Part shown: in pieces, positions 12,041 to 25,484 of the stretch
How the letters are laid out: each line of letters opens with the position of its first letter
Numbering within the stretch: position 1 is the stretch's first letter
Source of the DNA: Felis catus
Lineage: Eukaryota
Assembly: GCF_018350175.1 (NCBI RefSeq)
Contig: NC_058368.1
Coordinates: 125,614,001 to 125,678,000 of the forward strand
DNA length: 64,000 bases
Direction of reading: 5' to 3'
Program-made: the position numbers and the translations under genes
The notes under the pieces: model-generated
Told to the model about the DNA's origin: nothing
What the model saw: the letters and a program-made list of their open reading frames with translations, nothing else
The model's database searches: none

Positions 12041-13627
12041 GCCACAAAAGGACATGTGCATGGTTGTTATAGTCATTGCCCAGGTCACAGTCCACTACCA
12101 CCACAAGTGATTTGGTGATGACATACCTGGAAATTATTTCTCACATCTTAATGGCACCCAATCATCACAAAGAACAGCTTTTGAAATAGGAGCCCCTCTG
12201 CTTGCAGGCTTCTCTTCCCAATCTTTATTAGAGCTGAGAAGCATGGACTTCTCAAATCCACAGTTAGGGACTGTCACAGGTTTTTAAAAATAGACCTTCA
12301 GGAAGGGTGGGGCTGTAGGAGGCAAAGGGCAGCAAGAAAAGAAAGAGAGACAGTAGTCTTACGTAGAGGGGTATCCCCCATTACCACTTCAGCAAGACAG
12401 ACTTTTCATCAAGCAATGCTAGACTACAGGGATGAAGATGCTAACTGGACTAGAGGTGTGGAGGAACAGCAGAATCTGAGTATGGTACATATGAGGGTGA
12501 TCCCTCAGCAGCCTGGCAACCATGAGGAGGTGGTGAAGGAAAGACTATTTCTGGTTCCAGCTGGTAGCCTGGGACATGCATTCTTATATAAGTAATGTAC
12601 ATAAAGAAGGTACCAAAATTTGGGACTATTCTCCATTGTCCTCTTTCCCCTCCTTCTTTAGCCACTGATACTATGGGCACTTTCTAAATTTCTTAACATA
12701 CAGCATCATACAGCATCAGTCTAAATATAGATTTTTCTCTTTTTAAAGAAGCCACAGAATGCAGTCTACAAATCAAGTATGAAGTTATCAGGCATATCCG
12801 AAACACCTATAGCTTAAGAATTAGAGGTTTGTTTTTTTTTTTTCCCAGCCACATACAGTCACAAACCGTTACAATATTAAACACAGTTCTATTCACAAAG
12901 TAGTTCTTATTTCTTTACCTGACCTTTGCCTCCAACTCTGGTTTTATGGTGTGGGTGGCATAGGATGATGTGTATTTAGGTGAGAGGCACAGGCAATCTA
13001 GTATTTGGTGTCTGGTTTCAGGGTGGTGAGGCATTTTCTGCTTCTCTGGTTCCTGCCCAGCTCCTGTGAGAGTCCAGAGCAACTCCAGGACCATATGGGT
13101 GTGGAAGGGACAGCATGCTAGTAATGAACTTGGGAAAGGTTTCAAAGTGTTTGTGGATGCTGCATGACAGGGATTAGAATTAGAATCCTAGTTCTATGCT
13201 TTTCTTTGTGGTTTGATGATTCATTGGCAAGTGTGGATTTACAGAGAGAGAGAGAGAGAAGAGAAGGGAGGAGAGATCATGGGGTATATAGACTCAAGTG
13301 TGTACCCTTTGTGGTATTGATTGGATCTTGTCTGGAAAAGCCATGTTAAGTTTTCAATGCTTTTTTTAAAGAGGAAAAATAAGGAAAGAGAATAATTTAG
13401 AATGGAGGTAACAATATATTAAAAGTCAGGAGACTTGCATGTTCATCCTGACTGAGATATTTACCAGATTTTCACTTTGGGCAAGTCCCTTTTGGTCTTG
13501 GCTTTACTGTTTTTAATCTAACCAGTTGGAGTGGATGAACTCTGAAGTTCTTTCTTTTTCTTCTATACTTGTTTGCATAAAGACTGTGGGACAACAGAAA
13601 TACTGAAGCAATTAAGAATGGAAGGGT

Positions 13628-14518
13628 GAGAAAGAAGACCTACATACAGATGGTCAACAGACACATGAAAAGATGCTCAACATTACTGATCATCAGGGAA
13701 ATAGAAATCAGAATCACAGTGAGTTATTCACACCTGTCAGAATGTAGAATGGCTAAAATAAAAAATGGAAGAAACAAGTTTTGGCAAGGTTGTGGAGAAA
13801 AAGGAACCCTCTTGAACCACTGGTGGGGTTGCAAACTGGTGCAGCCACTGTGGAAAACAGTATGGAGTTTTTTGAAAAAGTTAAAAATAGGACTGTCCTA
13901 TGATCCAGCAATTGTACTACTGGTATTTACACAAAGAATAAAAAACACTAATTCAAAGGGATACATGCACCCCAATGTTATAGCAGCATTATCCACAACA
14001 GTCAAATTGTGGAAATAGCTCGTGTCCCTTGGCTGATGAGTGAATTATGTATATTATATATACATGTTATATATAGTGGATATATGGATATATATCATTC
14101 CATATATATAATGAAATATTACTCAGCCATAAAAAGAATGATATCTTGCCATTTAAAATGACATGGATGGAGCTAGAGAGTATTATGTTAAATGAAATAA
14201 GTCAGTCAGGAAAGACAAATAACATATTATTTCACTCCTGTGTGGAATTTAAGAAACAAAACAAATGAGAAAAGAGAAAAACAAAGATAAAGAGGGAGGC
14301 AAACCAAGAAACAGACTCTTAACTATGGAGAACTAACTGATAATTACCAGAGGAAAAGTGGGTGGGGGGGATGGGTTAAGTAGGTGATGGGGATTAAGCA
14401 GTGTTCTTGCTGTGATAAGCACCGTGTATTGTATGGAAGTGTTGAATCACTATATTGTACACTTGATACTTGTATTACACTGTGTTAACTAACTGGAATT
14501 TAAATAAAAACTTAAGAA
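13628..14518 (+). mobile_element. 5'-truncated L1 (older carnivore-type 3' end), ORF2 C-terminus plus 3'UTR
   Basis: ORF 13626-14018 contains IQMVNRHMKRCSTLLIIREI...[10 protein letters not shown] (ORF2p C-terminal region); 3'UTR with G-tract and AATAAA; perfect TSD AAGAATGGAAGGGT at 13614-13627 and 14519-14532. Confidence 0.95.
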
Positions 14519-14730
14519 AAGAATGGAAGGGTAAGGAAAGCAAGGGATTGAGAGGTTGAGGGACACATCAGAGAAGAGAAAGGGTCAAGGATAAGGAGGA
14601 GATGAAAAAATTTAATTTCCTGTATTTATAGGAAAGCCATATATGATTGACTGGGTTTTCATAGAAATATTTTGAGGAGTAGAAGAATATTTATAAATGT
14701 TAATGAAAGGATATTGAAAAGAAACTCTTA

Positions 14731-14948
14731 GGGGCAGTTGGATGGCTCAATTGGTTAGGCATCTGACTTCGGCTTAGGTCATGGTCTCACAGTTCGTGGG
14801 TTCAAGCCCTTGTGTCGAGCACTGTGCTGACAACTCCGAGCCTGGAGCCTGCTTCTGATTCTGTGTCTCCCTCTCTTTCTGCCCCTGCCCCACTCATACT
14901 CTGTCTCTGTCTCTCTTAAAAATACTAAAAAAAAAAAAAAGAAAGAAA
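14731..14948 (+). mobile_element. Can-SINE
   Basis: Head GGGGCAGTTGGATGGCTCAATTGGTTA, GAGCCTGGAGCCTGCTTC, A-tail; TSD GAAAAGAAACTCTT / GAAAAGAAACTGTT. Confidence 0.92.
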
Positions 14949-16319
14949 GAAAAGAAACTGTTTCTGTGTGATAGGTCCTACAGGCCCTAGTTGTCTTAGG
15001 AGAAAGCAGCAGAGGGCAGGTGTTTATAAATCCAGCATCGAGGTTAGATCAGCTATGTGGGATTTTCAAAGCAGGTGGTGAAAAACAAGCTTTATAGCCT
15101 TTCATCCAGTATGCATTTTTTGAGTAAGAAAAATTGATATTTAAAAAGGCAAGAAAAAGAGTATGTTTGGTAAATTGTCTGTATGTTGGGATTCTATTGC
15201 TGAGTTGCAACATCAGGAGAGTATTTGGGTGCTTCCTTCTGCCTTCAGCCTAGCAGGAAGGCCTGTAAGGAGACCAGTCAGAAAGTGTGATACTAGTGCC
15301 TGGATTTGGGGGTAATACTGGGCTGCTGCCTGAGATACTTGGAAAATAGACTCAATATAAAAGACTGGCTGAAGCCACACAAAGTCAGGGCAAGAGCGAA
15401 GTCTGCATGTTCACCATTTGACGTGAACTCCCCATGGGCTAAATGCAGGTCATGAAAGGGAATCAGGCTGGTGAATTCTGAATAGACACTGTAAAGGCAG
15501 AGGGGTTCTGGAAGCATGAGGCTGTGAGGTTCATTGCCGAGGCAGGAACTGATGTGAGGGAGGTAGCAACGGGTCAGGCAAAGGAGATGAATTAAGCACC
15601 TCTGAGGAATCCACAGATGTGCCCCTAAGAAAGAGAGTTTGCTTTGATCACCCATTGGATAACTAAGAGCATCAACATTGACCAAGTCAAGTAGGTCTTT
15701 TTTTGCCTTCATATCATTTCTCCTGTCTTCTTACAACCCTGGGGATTTGAGTGGGGAGTAGGGAGAAGCTGACAGAAGAATTGGGTTTATTCTCCTTTCT
15801 CTCTCCCAGCAGGTTTCCACACTCAGGCAGGCCCAAGCTAGAGGAATACAATTTGCTGCGCTATTTTAAAATACAATTCCAGGTTATTATGAGAGGGCTA
15901 GGTGGGAGACAGACAGCACTATCTCCCATATTTTCTCCTAGAAGTCACAAACTGAGCATGCACAGCAATAAACGTAGTTTTATAAGCTTGTCAGTGTACT
16001 AAGCAGCATAATACAGTGATCTATTAGTACTAAACCTTAAATTAGATACTGGATTTTAGAACAACTCAGGGACAAGAGCCAAACAAAGAAGTTTCTTCTA
16101 AATCTATAGCAGCTCCAAGCAGCTGAGAGCTACCAGCCGATAGTCTTATGAACAGATATTCTGGGATTCCTATTTATAGAGGCTATCTTGTCACGTGAGT
16201 GAGCCACATTTTTCTGGCATTGTTCCTTACCGTATAATGGAGCTTTACTTTTGGAATGTCCAATTCCTTTCAATAAACTTGAATAGATTTTTAACCAGAC
16301 CAGCATTGAATCATGGATT

Positions 16320-16455
16320 GAAAAATGTGAAAGACTATCTGGTCTCTAACTTCCTCATTTTACAGAGAGGGGCATTGAGGCCTAAAAGATTAAAATATTT
16401 ATTAGTTACAGTGTTAGGAACACATCCAGACTTCTTGACTCCAAGTCTTGTGCCT
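16320..16455 (-). mobile_element. MIR remnant
   Basis: ATCTGGTCTCTAACTTCCTCATTTTACAGAGAGGGGCATTGAGGCC...CCAGACTTCTTGACTCC. Confidence 0.6.
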
Positions 16456-16603
16456 ATAACATAAATTTAAACTAAAGATTTTGTCTTGTTTTATTTGGAG
16501 TGGGTGAGATTTGGAGATGAGAGGAGCTGAAAGTAGGTTTTATTTTTTTATCCATGCCATTAAACAAATTAAGAGTTTTATAGTGTCTAAGGTTTCTATA
16601 TTA

Positions 16604-16810
16604 TTTTTTAAAAATATTTATTTTTGAGAGATTGAGAGACAGAGTGTGAACAGGGGAGGGACAGAGAGAGAGGAAGACACAGGATCCGAAGCAGTCTCCA
16701 GACTCTGAGCTGTCAGCACAGAGCCCGAAGCAGGGCTCGAACTCACAAACTGTGAAATTATGACCTGAACCAAAGGTAGTCGCTTAACTGAATGAGCCAC
16801 CCAGGCACCC
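16604..16810 (-). mobile_element. Can-SINE
   Basis: Complete reverse body ending GAGCCACCCAGGCACCC; TSD CTAAGGTTTCTATATTATTT / CTAAGGTTTTTATATTATTT. Confidence 0.93.
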
Positions 16811-18119
16811 CTAAGGTTTTTATATTATTTAAATAAATCAGAGGGGAAAAAAATATTTATGTTTTCTCAGCACTCAGCACTCATATTAGTAAAACTACAT
16901 TTAGGACGGCATGGTATGAGTAACTTCTAGAGAGACTCAGCCCTGATCATCAGGTACAGTTGGAATACACGTCATTGGTCTATCAGTTGGCCGTCAGTTC
17001 TGACACTTAGCAGGTTTGTGACTCTGCATAAGTCACTGAAGTTTTCTGTAACTGTTTACTCTGTTGGTAAAAACAAACAAGAAACAAAACAGGACAAAAA
17101 ACAAAACATAATGAGCCAGATTGGCTCATATGTCAATGATCTTTTAAATTATAAAACATTTATAAACAAGAACAAAGGATTACAGTTGTTTTCAGTGGTT
17201 ACCATGTGGTAATCCTAGAGAGGCATCCTCTTCCATAGATACCTATTACCAGGGTCATTGCATGGATGGCATTTGTAGGCTGGTCTATAGAGTTGTGCCC
17301 TAGGGATACAATTGGCTTAGACCACAGTACAAATGGTGTTTCAGTGGCTTTGAGCTATGCTGGAAGCCTGTTAACTGTATGTGTTTATCTCCTGTTAGAC
17401 TCTTGGAGTGCACACTGTGTAGCCATAGGCATACTCTGCAGAACATCTTCCTGCTTAACATTGCCTTGGTAGAGTGCCTCTTGACTTTTAAAACTTCAGA
17501 GAACACACTTATGTCTTAAATCAATATTTTTGACCTATGTTTAAAAATTGCATTTATTTTCCTAAATCACAACAAAATACTTTTTATAAAATGGAATGTA
17601 GAAATTTCTTGAATTTATATTTTAAACTCAACTGATGGGAAGTTAAAACCACATGAGGACTGTTTGAAAATGTACCAAGGGAGGGAGCTTGAAGGTATTA
17701 AGAGAGACATTTGGGTGTTCATGGTCCTAAAAGAGGTATCAAAGTGTCATATATCATGTGAGCTGATGACTGCCAGGTGCTATTGTGTGCTCTGTTGGTT
17801 CTGAGCATGTTTCCGCAGTGACTGACATTGCTTGTCCAGTGGAACAACTTCTGTGCTTTAACAATTCCTCTGTATGAGTTTTTTTCAAGAGCTCTTTGAC
17901 AGTCTCTTAATCTGTCTTTTCAAAAGCAGCCTACTTTGCAAGAGCAATAATTTTCACTTTGGCTTCAAACCTCTCTTCAAAGTCTGACGTAGGCCACAAA
18001 TTACAAGTTTGCTTTCTTACATGCTTTCTTCATCTTCTGTGGAGAAACTTTTTGCCATTATTTGTTGCTGAACTCTAGAATTATTCTTTACTTGTAAATA
18101 TTTGATTCCAATGGAAATA

Positions 18120-18525
18120 ATGCAGTGCCCAGCAAAACAGCTTTACCTGAGCTTCCCTTGAAGACTGGGGGTAGCCATATGACAGAATTCTAGCTGATGA
18201 GATAGAAATGGAAGTTGTTGAGAAAGCTCCTCAAAAGAGAAGCATATTCTATTGACTCTGGCATTTCTTCCTTCCTTTTGCCTGAAACATGGACGTAATG
18301 GCTGGAGCTTCAGCAGCCATTTGTAGATCATAAAAATATGAAGGTTACATTTCAAGGATGGTGAACCAGAAGACTAAAAAGAGCCTGAATATCTGATGAC
18401 ATCAGGAGCACCATACTGGACCTGGATCAGCTCCCTTTGGATTTCTTTTATATGGGAGAGCAATAAATCCCCAATATGCTCAACAGTACTATTTTGGGGG
18501 TTTGGAACACAATTTCTAAGTGATA
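18120..18525 (+). mobile_element. MLT1J-like MaLR LTR
   Basis: GGGGGTAGCCATATGACAGAATTCTAGCTGATGAGAT...ATGGCTGGAGCTTCAGCAGCCATTT...AATAAATCCCC. Confidence 0.7.
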
Positions 18526-18900
18526 AATTTATCTTGCCTACTTTTATCTACCTTTTCCTCAGATAATTCCCCCCAAGCCTAATTTACAATGATCTTACTT
18601 GCTTCAGGCAAGTCCGGTTCTCCATTTCCTTCAGGACTTTTCTCAGAACCACCTCTTGTAAGAGACCTATTACTCCTCTTCTTCCTCTCTAATCAGTCCT
18701 ATAATTAAAAATGATTAAAAATGTTTTGATGTAGGAATCAATCTCTCTTATGTATAATAATATTCTTTTCTAAAAGGGTCACTTTTGTGTGGTTTATATC
18801 CCTCAAGATGGAAGGACCTTGGGAACAGATTCTATTCTAGTTCATCTTACTATCTTCCACTACTCTGCAGCAATCAACACTAGCAAAGTGGCGAGTATCT

Positions 18901-18932
18901 AAAAAAAAAAAAAAAAAAAAAAAAAAACAAAA
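18901..18932. repeat. poly(A) run
   Basis: 27 A followed by CAAAA. Confidence 0.9.
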
Positions 18933-20089
18933 ACCTCTGAGTACTGATTAAATGCATTTTGTCAAATCCAGAGAAACATGGAGTGAGAATTGATATTTGA
19001 GTAATTCTTGATCTTGTTTTTTCATGTGAATCATGTATGAGTTGTAGAGCTGGTGATGGTCTTTGTGTTCCATTCTACAATTGGCTTCAACACTCTCCAT
19101 TTCCCACAGAATAAGGGAGGACTTCTGCTTTTACAGGAGTCCCAAACCCAATCTGTCCCTGGGCTTCTCCCGGGGTTTTTTTAGGGCCTTCTTCTTCTTC
19201 TCTACTCCCCCACCCCATCCGTCTTCTTTTCCTTTTTCCTGTTAACTTTATGCAACCCTTTTTAAAAAACAAAACTAGAAAATAAGAGTTTCAAAATGCT
19301 ATGAAAAATTATTTATAAACCTAACCTTTCACAAGCCATTTCTTTGCCTGGAAACAAGCCCTTTCATGTGACTCACCATCTTATACTTGTCACTCATATG
19401 GTTCCTCAAATTCTTTTTTTTTTTTTTTCCAGGAGGTTTTCAGTGGACTGACAGCATGATGAGCAGTTTATTTAGCATTTATTCATTCAGTAAAAATGTG
19501 TGGTAGCCTACTATGTGCTCAGTACTGTCAGATGCTTTTGGAGGGTATGTGTGCGTGTGTGTGTGTGGGGGGAGGGAGTCAAGTATAAAATGAAGTTTGA
19601 TTTTTGACCTGAAGGAGTATACAATTTGGTTAGGGAATTCCCATCCACAGAAAATAGTAAGGCTACACATCTTATCATAAAGAGGTTTAAGATTAAGTGC
19701 ATCCTGTCTCTAGCTGCCTACATCATGTCTACTCCTTTCTCCTCACCAGGAAGGATAAGCAGTGAACTCCTGAATTGCCTACTGAATCTCTCCTTACTGG
19801 TCAGTTCATTTTCCACACTTACTCTTTATTTGCTCATACTATGACTTATACATTATCAAATCCATGCATTTGTAATTGGATGATTATTTCAAATGTTAAT
19901 ACATCAATCAAAGAGCAGGTAATAAGCCCTTATATGGCTAACATTGGGTTGGATATTTGGGGCAAAAGGGACGTGGTCTTGCCTTTTTTCTTCAACACCT
20001 CTTTGAGAAGATTTTGCTGACTCTGTCCCAATCTTGGCAGAGTTACTCATTCATAGCAGAGTTTCCATAGCAGTGATAATGATGATTAA

Positions 20090-20260
20090 TGTTAATTAAA
20101 CTTTAGTAAGTGCCAGACACTGTGCTAAGTACTTTACTTGAATTATCTCTTTTAATTATACCAACAAGCCAAAGAAATATGTATTCTTTTTCTTCTGATT
20201 TTACAGATGAGATATAGTTAACCACCCTGACCAAGGCTGTACAACTAGTAAATGGGAGAA
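20090..20260 (-). mobile_element. MIR remnant
   Basis: GTGCCAGACACTGTGCTAAGTACTTTAC...TTTTACAGATGAG...CAAGGCTGTACAACTAGTAAATGG. Confidence 0.7.
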
Positions 20261-20315
20261 ACATCCCAATGTGGGTAGTTTAGTATAATCACCTCCAGTT
20301 CCAAGGTGAAGGGAC

Positions 20316-20690
20316 TGTGTCAGTATGTGTGGGCTACCATAATGAGATACCACAGATTGCATGGCTCAACCAGCGGAAATTCATTTTCTCACAGTTCTGG
20401 AGGCTAGAAAGTCTAAGATTAAGGTCTGGCAAGGTTCTGTGTCTTATGAGTATTTTTCCTTGATTGTGGATAACAAATATATATACACTGTGTCCTCATT
20501 GGTGGAGAGAGAGAAAGCTCTCTTTTGTTTGTTCTTATCAGGGCACCAATCCCTTCATAAACACCTACCCTCACAACCTCATCTAACCTCAATTACTTCC
20601 CTGAGCCACCATCTTCAAATATCATCATATTGGGAATTAGGGCTTCAACATATAAATTTTAGGGGGATACAAATATTTAGTCCCATAGCA
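20316..20690 (-). mobile_element. MLT1A-like MaLR solo LTR
   Basis: TG...CA termini; TTTTCTCACAGTTCTGGAGGCTAGAAAGTCTAAGAT...AGGGCTTCAACATATAAATTTTAGGGGGATACAAAT; decayed 5-bp TSD GGGAC/GAAAC. Confidence 0.8.
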
Positions 20691-21058
20691 GAAACCAAGG
20701 CTTAGGGAGATTATATAATATAGTCAAGGTCAGAGTTATTAGGTGGTGGGTCAAGGACTGGATCTCAGACTTCTGGAGGCAGATGGCCTCTATATTTCTC
20801 AGAGTCAAGAAGGAAAGAGGATAAGAAAGAACAAGGAAGATACATGATACTGTCAGATGTTTTGGATTACCAAACAACATTGCAGTTCAGGGCACCTTAA
20901 CCCTGATAATTATGAAAATAAACAGATCTCTTTTGCCTCAACTATATATTTTCAGTGTTGGTACTTACACAGAAATCAACCTTCTTTTCTTCATCTGATT
21001 CAGTCAATGAATGGTAATGTTTTAGTGAGGCTTTAGGTTCTTGCCAACTTTTCAATAT

Positions 21059-21543
21059 TGTATCAGTCAAAATTTTGACAGGAAACAGATGGCACGTTAA
21101 GATTGAGTAATTCAAGAGGAGTTTGATGAAAAGTATTTTCACAAGAATGTGGGCATGGCTTAGGAAAAGCACCAGGGATGGTGTGTGCCCTATGCCAATA
21201 TGGATTCCTGTTACTTCTGCCAAGGCTAAAGGAATAAATGGAAGGAGAGGTAAGGGCAACCCAGAGAGAGTTGTGTCCAGAGGGCTTCCTGGCTGGCCCT
21301 GTGGCCTAATCTGGAGGAGTGCAGCCACCCCACGGCCCAGCATGGGCACCTCCAGGAATAACCACCCACCCTCTCTTCCTGCTTCTGATCTCCTGACCCT
21401 GTTTCCCACTGGCTGAATCTGACAATAGCCAGTGGCAAGGAGTTATATTGAAGTATTATAAGATATCAGCCTTGTGGGGCTGAAAGCAGGGTTCAGAAGG
21501 ATAGGGAATAAACTAAATGGAGACAGAGAGAGAATTCATCACA
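21059..21543 (-). mobile_element. LTR33-like (ERVL) solo LTR
   Basis: TGTATCAGTC...CAGGAAACAGATGGCAC...GAGGAGTTTGATGAAAAG...TGTGGGCATGG. Confidence 0.65.
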
Positions 21544-21794
21544 AATACTGTTTTTCAATGAGGTAGAGATATAGAATGTGATTCTCAGTGCCATTTAAGT
21601 TGTTCTGCCTTCTTCTGTTAAACCTTATACATGGTAGGTAACCTAGCAGTTGGCATGGTTCATCTTCATACGTGAAAGGAGAGAGAAGTGGGGGGGAAAT
21701 AGGATGTTAGACATCTTCCTTACCCAACAGTAGTGGAGAAGTAGATATTCCATTCTAGCATACTCAAGAACTTGGTTTAGTGTTACTATACTTC

Positions 21795-21863
21795 TTTTTT
21801 TAATGTTTTTTATTTTTGAGAGAGTGAGAGAGAGAGAGAAAGAGGAAGAGCGAGCAGGGACAG

Positions 21864-21909
<46 letters not shown>

Positions 21910-22016
21910 CCAAAGCAGGCTCTGTGCTGACAGTAGAGAGCCCAGTGTGGGGCTCGAACTTACCAATTGAATGATCGTGACCTTAGCCGAAGTCGGATGC
22001 TTAACCTACTGAACCA
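21795..22016 (-). mobile_element. Can-SINE with long (GA)n, head truncated, no TSD visible
   Basis: Poly-T, (GA)n, GAATCCAAAGCAGGCTCTGTGCTGACAG...CTTAACCTACTGAACCA; the usual terminal CCCAGGCGCCCC is missing. Confidence 0.88.
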
Positions 22017-23535
22017 ATTAACAACACTGTTCAAAGTAAACACAGGTTTCATTGATTGGGCAAGTGGTACTTAAGATTAAGTTTTTGATGAGAAATTCAA
22101 ACCAGTTTATGAGAGAGTATTTTGTAGAAACAGCTCTGGCAGCGAGTCTGAAGAGATTTGGTATGATAAACTGTGGCTTTTGTTTCTATACTCACAGGAA
22201 CCAACAGTCCCTGGAGCCAGGGGATAAAGTGTTGGTGTCTAGCTTGCCCCTCACTAGGGCACAGGGAGTGCAAATCAGAATACTCAGCCTCTTCAACTGT
22301 GAACTGAGGAAGATAATCTTGCCTCCCTCAAAGAATCCTGAAGACATGGAGCACAGTGTCTGGCACAGAGGAAGTGTTTGGTATATGTTAGATACTCTAG
22401 CTTGGGTGAGTTAAGGAATCTGGCCAACAAACAGCAGACGATCCTTTTCTAAATACAGAAATGATACCTCCATGAGAATGCTGCTTTTTTAAAAGTAGCA
22501 AGGGGACATGAGCTTTCTCCTGAAAATGATTAATTATGGATACTTTTGTGGTCTATGATACAACACAAATAAGTAAATCAAAATTTGCCTGGAATATGTG
22601 GAAACTGAGAGTCAAAAGTGCCCTGAGAGGTATCTAAGCAGGATGGAGGTTAACTGAGAAGCAACGGCAGGAGGGATGGAGGGGAGGAGGAGAAGCTGCT
22701 TTTACCTGACCAGGGGGATTTTGCTACCGGCATGGCAGCCAATTCATACCTTGAGGGTCAAATGCAAAGAAGATACACATGACTGTCACTCCCATGACTA
22801 TAGGAGACCCAGGAGATGAGTTTTCCTTTACTGCAGTCCCCCTACTTTTACGCTTCTGATAACCTGGTGGGGTAGAGAGGCATGATCAAATGCTCCCAAA
22901 CCCTATGACATAATGAAATGGTTGATCAGTACAGAAAAGGGAGTTCCTTTTCCTTTTCTTTTTAATTAAAAAAAAAGAAGATGATCTCTACGGAAACTTA
23001 ACTAACTTAATAAGCCTCAAATGTTAACAACAACAACAAAAAACTCGCTAAAGAGGAAATACCGTCATCACAGTATTTCAGTTTAAGCAGCTCAGACTAT
23101 TTTTAAGAACTATTACCAAGAACACTGTTTCTCAGACTCATAGACTGGGCTTTCCCACTCTAGTTTCCTCTTTTTATTTGGTCTCAAAAACTCTAGCCCT
23201 TTGCCCTGTCTTTTGACCTTTTTATCTCATGTTGGAGAGTTATCTCTTTCTGACTGTTGGATGTTCTGCCAAGGAAGTTCCCTTTCTATTCCCCTCACAT
23301 TTTTTTTTTTTTTAGTACCACTTCCATGTCAGTCCACCCTCATAAAGGCAGTGTCCTGTGATTAGTAAACCTTGAATCTAATTCTTATTAATTTCTAAAG
23401 AAAGTAATATAGACTTTCTTTCTTTGGCTTCTTTCCAAATTAAATTGATTAATTTACTCTCTATAGAGTTAGTTCTATTATTTTCTGCACTGCTCATCCT
23501 TTTTTTAGAGAATGCTTTCCTGTGCAATGAAAAAT

Positions 23536-23558
23536 AAATTTTTAAATGTTTATTCATT

Positions 23559-23607
<49 letters not shown>

Positions 23608-23756
23608 CAGAGAGAGGGAGACACAGAATCCAAAACAGGCTCCAGGCTCTGAGCTGTAAGCACAGAGCCTGGCACGGGGCTTGAACTCACGAACCATGAG
23701 ATCATGACCTGAGCCAAAGTTGGATGCTTAACTGACTGATCCACCCAGGTGCCCCC
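23536..23756 (-). mobile_element. Can-SINE with (GA)n
   Basis: Reverse body ending CCACCCAGGTGCCCCC; TSD GTGCAATGAAAA at 23522-23533 and 23757-23768. Confidence 0.93.
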
Positions 23757-23944
23757 GTGCAATGAAAATTTTTAAGAGTTTGTGAATTTATAAAACCAGA
23801 ATTAGAACAAGGTTTTTTACTTGTTTCAGCATCAGATACCATTCAAAGAAGGTCAAAATGAAGCTTCTTAAGACCATACTGTGGGGAAAGATAATTTTTT
23901 GTTTGTTTGGGGTAATGGAAAAGTTATTATAGTAATAGCTATGT

Positions 23945-24565
23945 ATTTTTTAAATTGAAGTATAATTACCATACAAGATTTTATTACTTTCAGGTGTACA
24001 ATATGATTCAGTAATTATATACCTTACAAGATGGTCACCATGATAAGTGTAGTTGTCAACTGTCACCATACAAAGTTATTGCAATATTATTCACTATATT
24101 CCCTATGATGTACTTTTTATCCCCATGACTTCTTTATTTCATAACTGGAAGTTTATACCTCTTAATCTCCTTCACCCATTTTACCCATCCCTCATTCCCC
24201 TTCCCTCTGGTAACCACCAACTACCAGTTTGTTCTCTAGGAGTCTGTTTCCGTTTGTTCATTTACTTTGTTTTTTAGATTCCACATATAAATGAAATCAT
24301 ATGGTATTTGTCTGTCTGTGTCTGACTTATTTCACTTAGCATAATACCTAATACCTTGTAGGACCTTCTAGTTCCATCTCTTTTGTCGTGAATGACAAGA
24401 TTTCATTCTTTTTTTTTTATAGCTGAGCCATATTATATCTTATAAATATATATCACATATTCTTTATCCATTCATCTATCAATAGATGTTTAATTTGCCT
24501 CCATAATTTGGCTTGTAAATAATGCTGAAATAAGCATATATCTTTTTGGATTAGTGTTTTAATTT
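23945..24565 (-). mobile_element. Older L1 3' end (L1_Carn/L1MA-like)
   Basis: TTTCAGGTGTACAA...GTCACCATACAAAGTTATTGCAATATT...TTAGATTCCACATATAAATGAAATCATATGG...TTCACTTAGCATAAT; ORF 24453-24710 ends DEWIKNM (ORF2p C-terminus). Confidence 0.85.
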
Positions 24566-25259
24566 TAATTAGGAAAAAAATTTTATGAGGGCCCTGAATG
24601 AAGTGGCACTGAAAAACAGAAGGAACTCTTATACACCACAAGTGCCAAGTAGGTCTAAGGGCAAACATTGCCCTTGAATGAAACACCTGTTTTAGGATGA
24701 TATTACTCATGGTGCATCCTGGGAATTTGGGGAAGAAAATTTCTTCCTCCTCTTGGAAGCAGTGAGATTCTGCTTCCTAAAGAGAAGTAGATAAGAGGAA
24801 GTGGAAGAGTTTGGTACATTGACTATGGGATGTGGAACTGCTATCTGAAGACAGTTTGAAGGAGGCTGACAAGGGTCACTCAGTAGTTGGGATCTATGAA
24901 CCTAGATTTCAAGCTTATATTAAAGATTTGGGATCCATAACTTTGAAGTGAGTTTTTTGATTTTCTTCTTGTATGCCAAGGACTGAGGAAAATGTTGATT
25001 TACAGAAGAGAGCTGAATGATTAATTGATCCAGAGGCCCTGTAGCACCTCTGCTGAGCAAGCTAGATGATCCAGTCATATTCATTGCTGACTGAGGATGT
25101 GGAGAAACTGGTGCAGAATGGTTTTCCTTTTACCACTTACCTCCAGTTGGCAGTTGGTATTACTTGCATTACCTAGAATATGTATTCTATATGCTGGTTA
25201 CTAGAGAAAAAATTTACCTTTCTTGCTTATTATGGAACAATAGCCATGGAGGGCCCACC

Positions 25260-25365
25260 TGTATCAATTACCTTTTACTGCATAACAAACTTAGTGGCCT
25301 AAAACAATAACAGTAATTTATTATAATTTTGTGGGTTGGCTGGGCTCAGCTGATCCATTTTTTCT
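25260..25365 (-). mobile_element. MLT1-type LTR, left part (split by the L1)
   Basis: TGTATCAATTACCTTTTACTGCATAACAAACTTAGTGGCCTAAAACAATAAC...GTGGGTTGGCTGGGCTCAGCTG; continues seamlessly at 33675. Confidence 0.8.
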
Positions 25366-25484
25366 TTCTTTCTTTCTTTTTTCCCAGGGGCTTAACATAA
25401 TAGGATTTATCTCTCATTCAAGTACAGTGTGGATGTTACAGGTTGGCTGGGTGCCTCCAGATAGTGGCTCAGGGATCCGTATTC
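25366..25484 (-). other. L1 3' transduction (~100 bp MLT1-like foreign sequence) plus second A-tail
   Basis: Lies inside the L1 TSD, between the L1 poly(A) (25485 onward) and a second (GAAA)n/A tail (~25366-25382); GATAAA at 25406-25411 on the minus strand, 23 nt before the tail. Confidence 0.8.

Noticed and set aside
18901..18932. Poly(A) as a processed-pseudogene tail
   Set aside because: No convincing TSD, upstream poly(A) signal or recognisable mRNA body.
15293..21409. Longer non-L1 ORFs (15293-15712, 20361-20705, 20942-21409)
   Set aside because: They overlap L2-like, MLT1A and LTR33 remnants and show no recognisable protein similarity.
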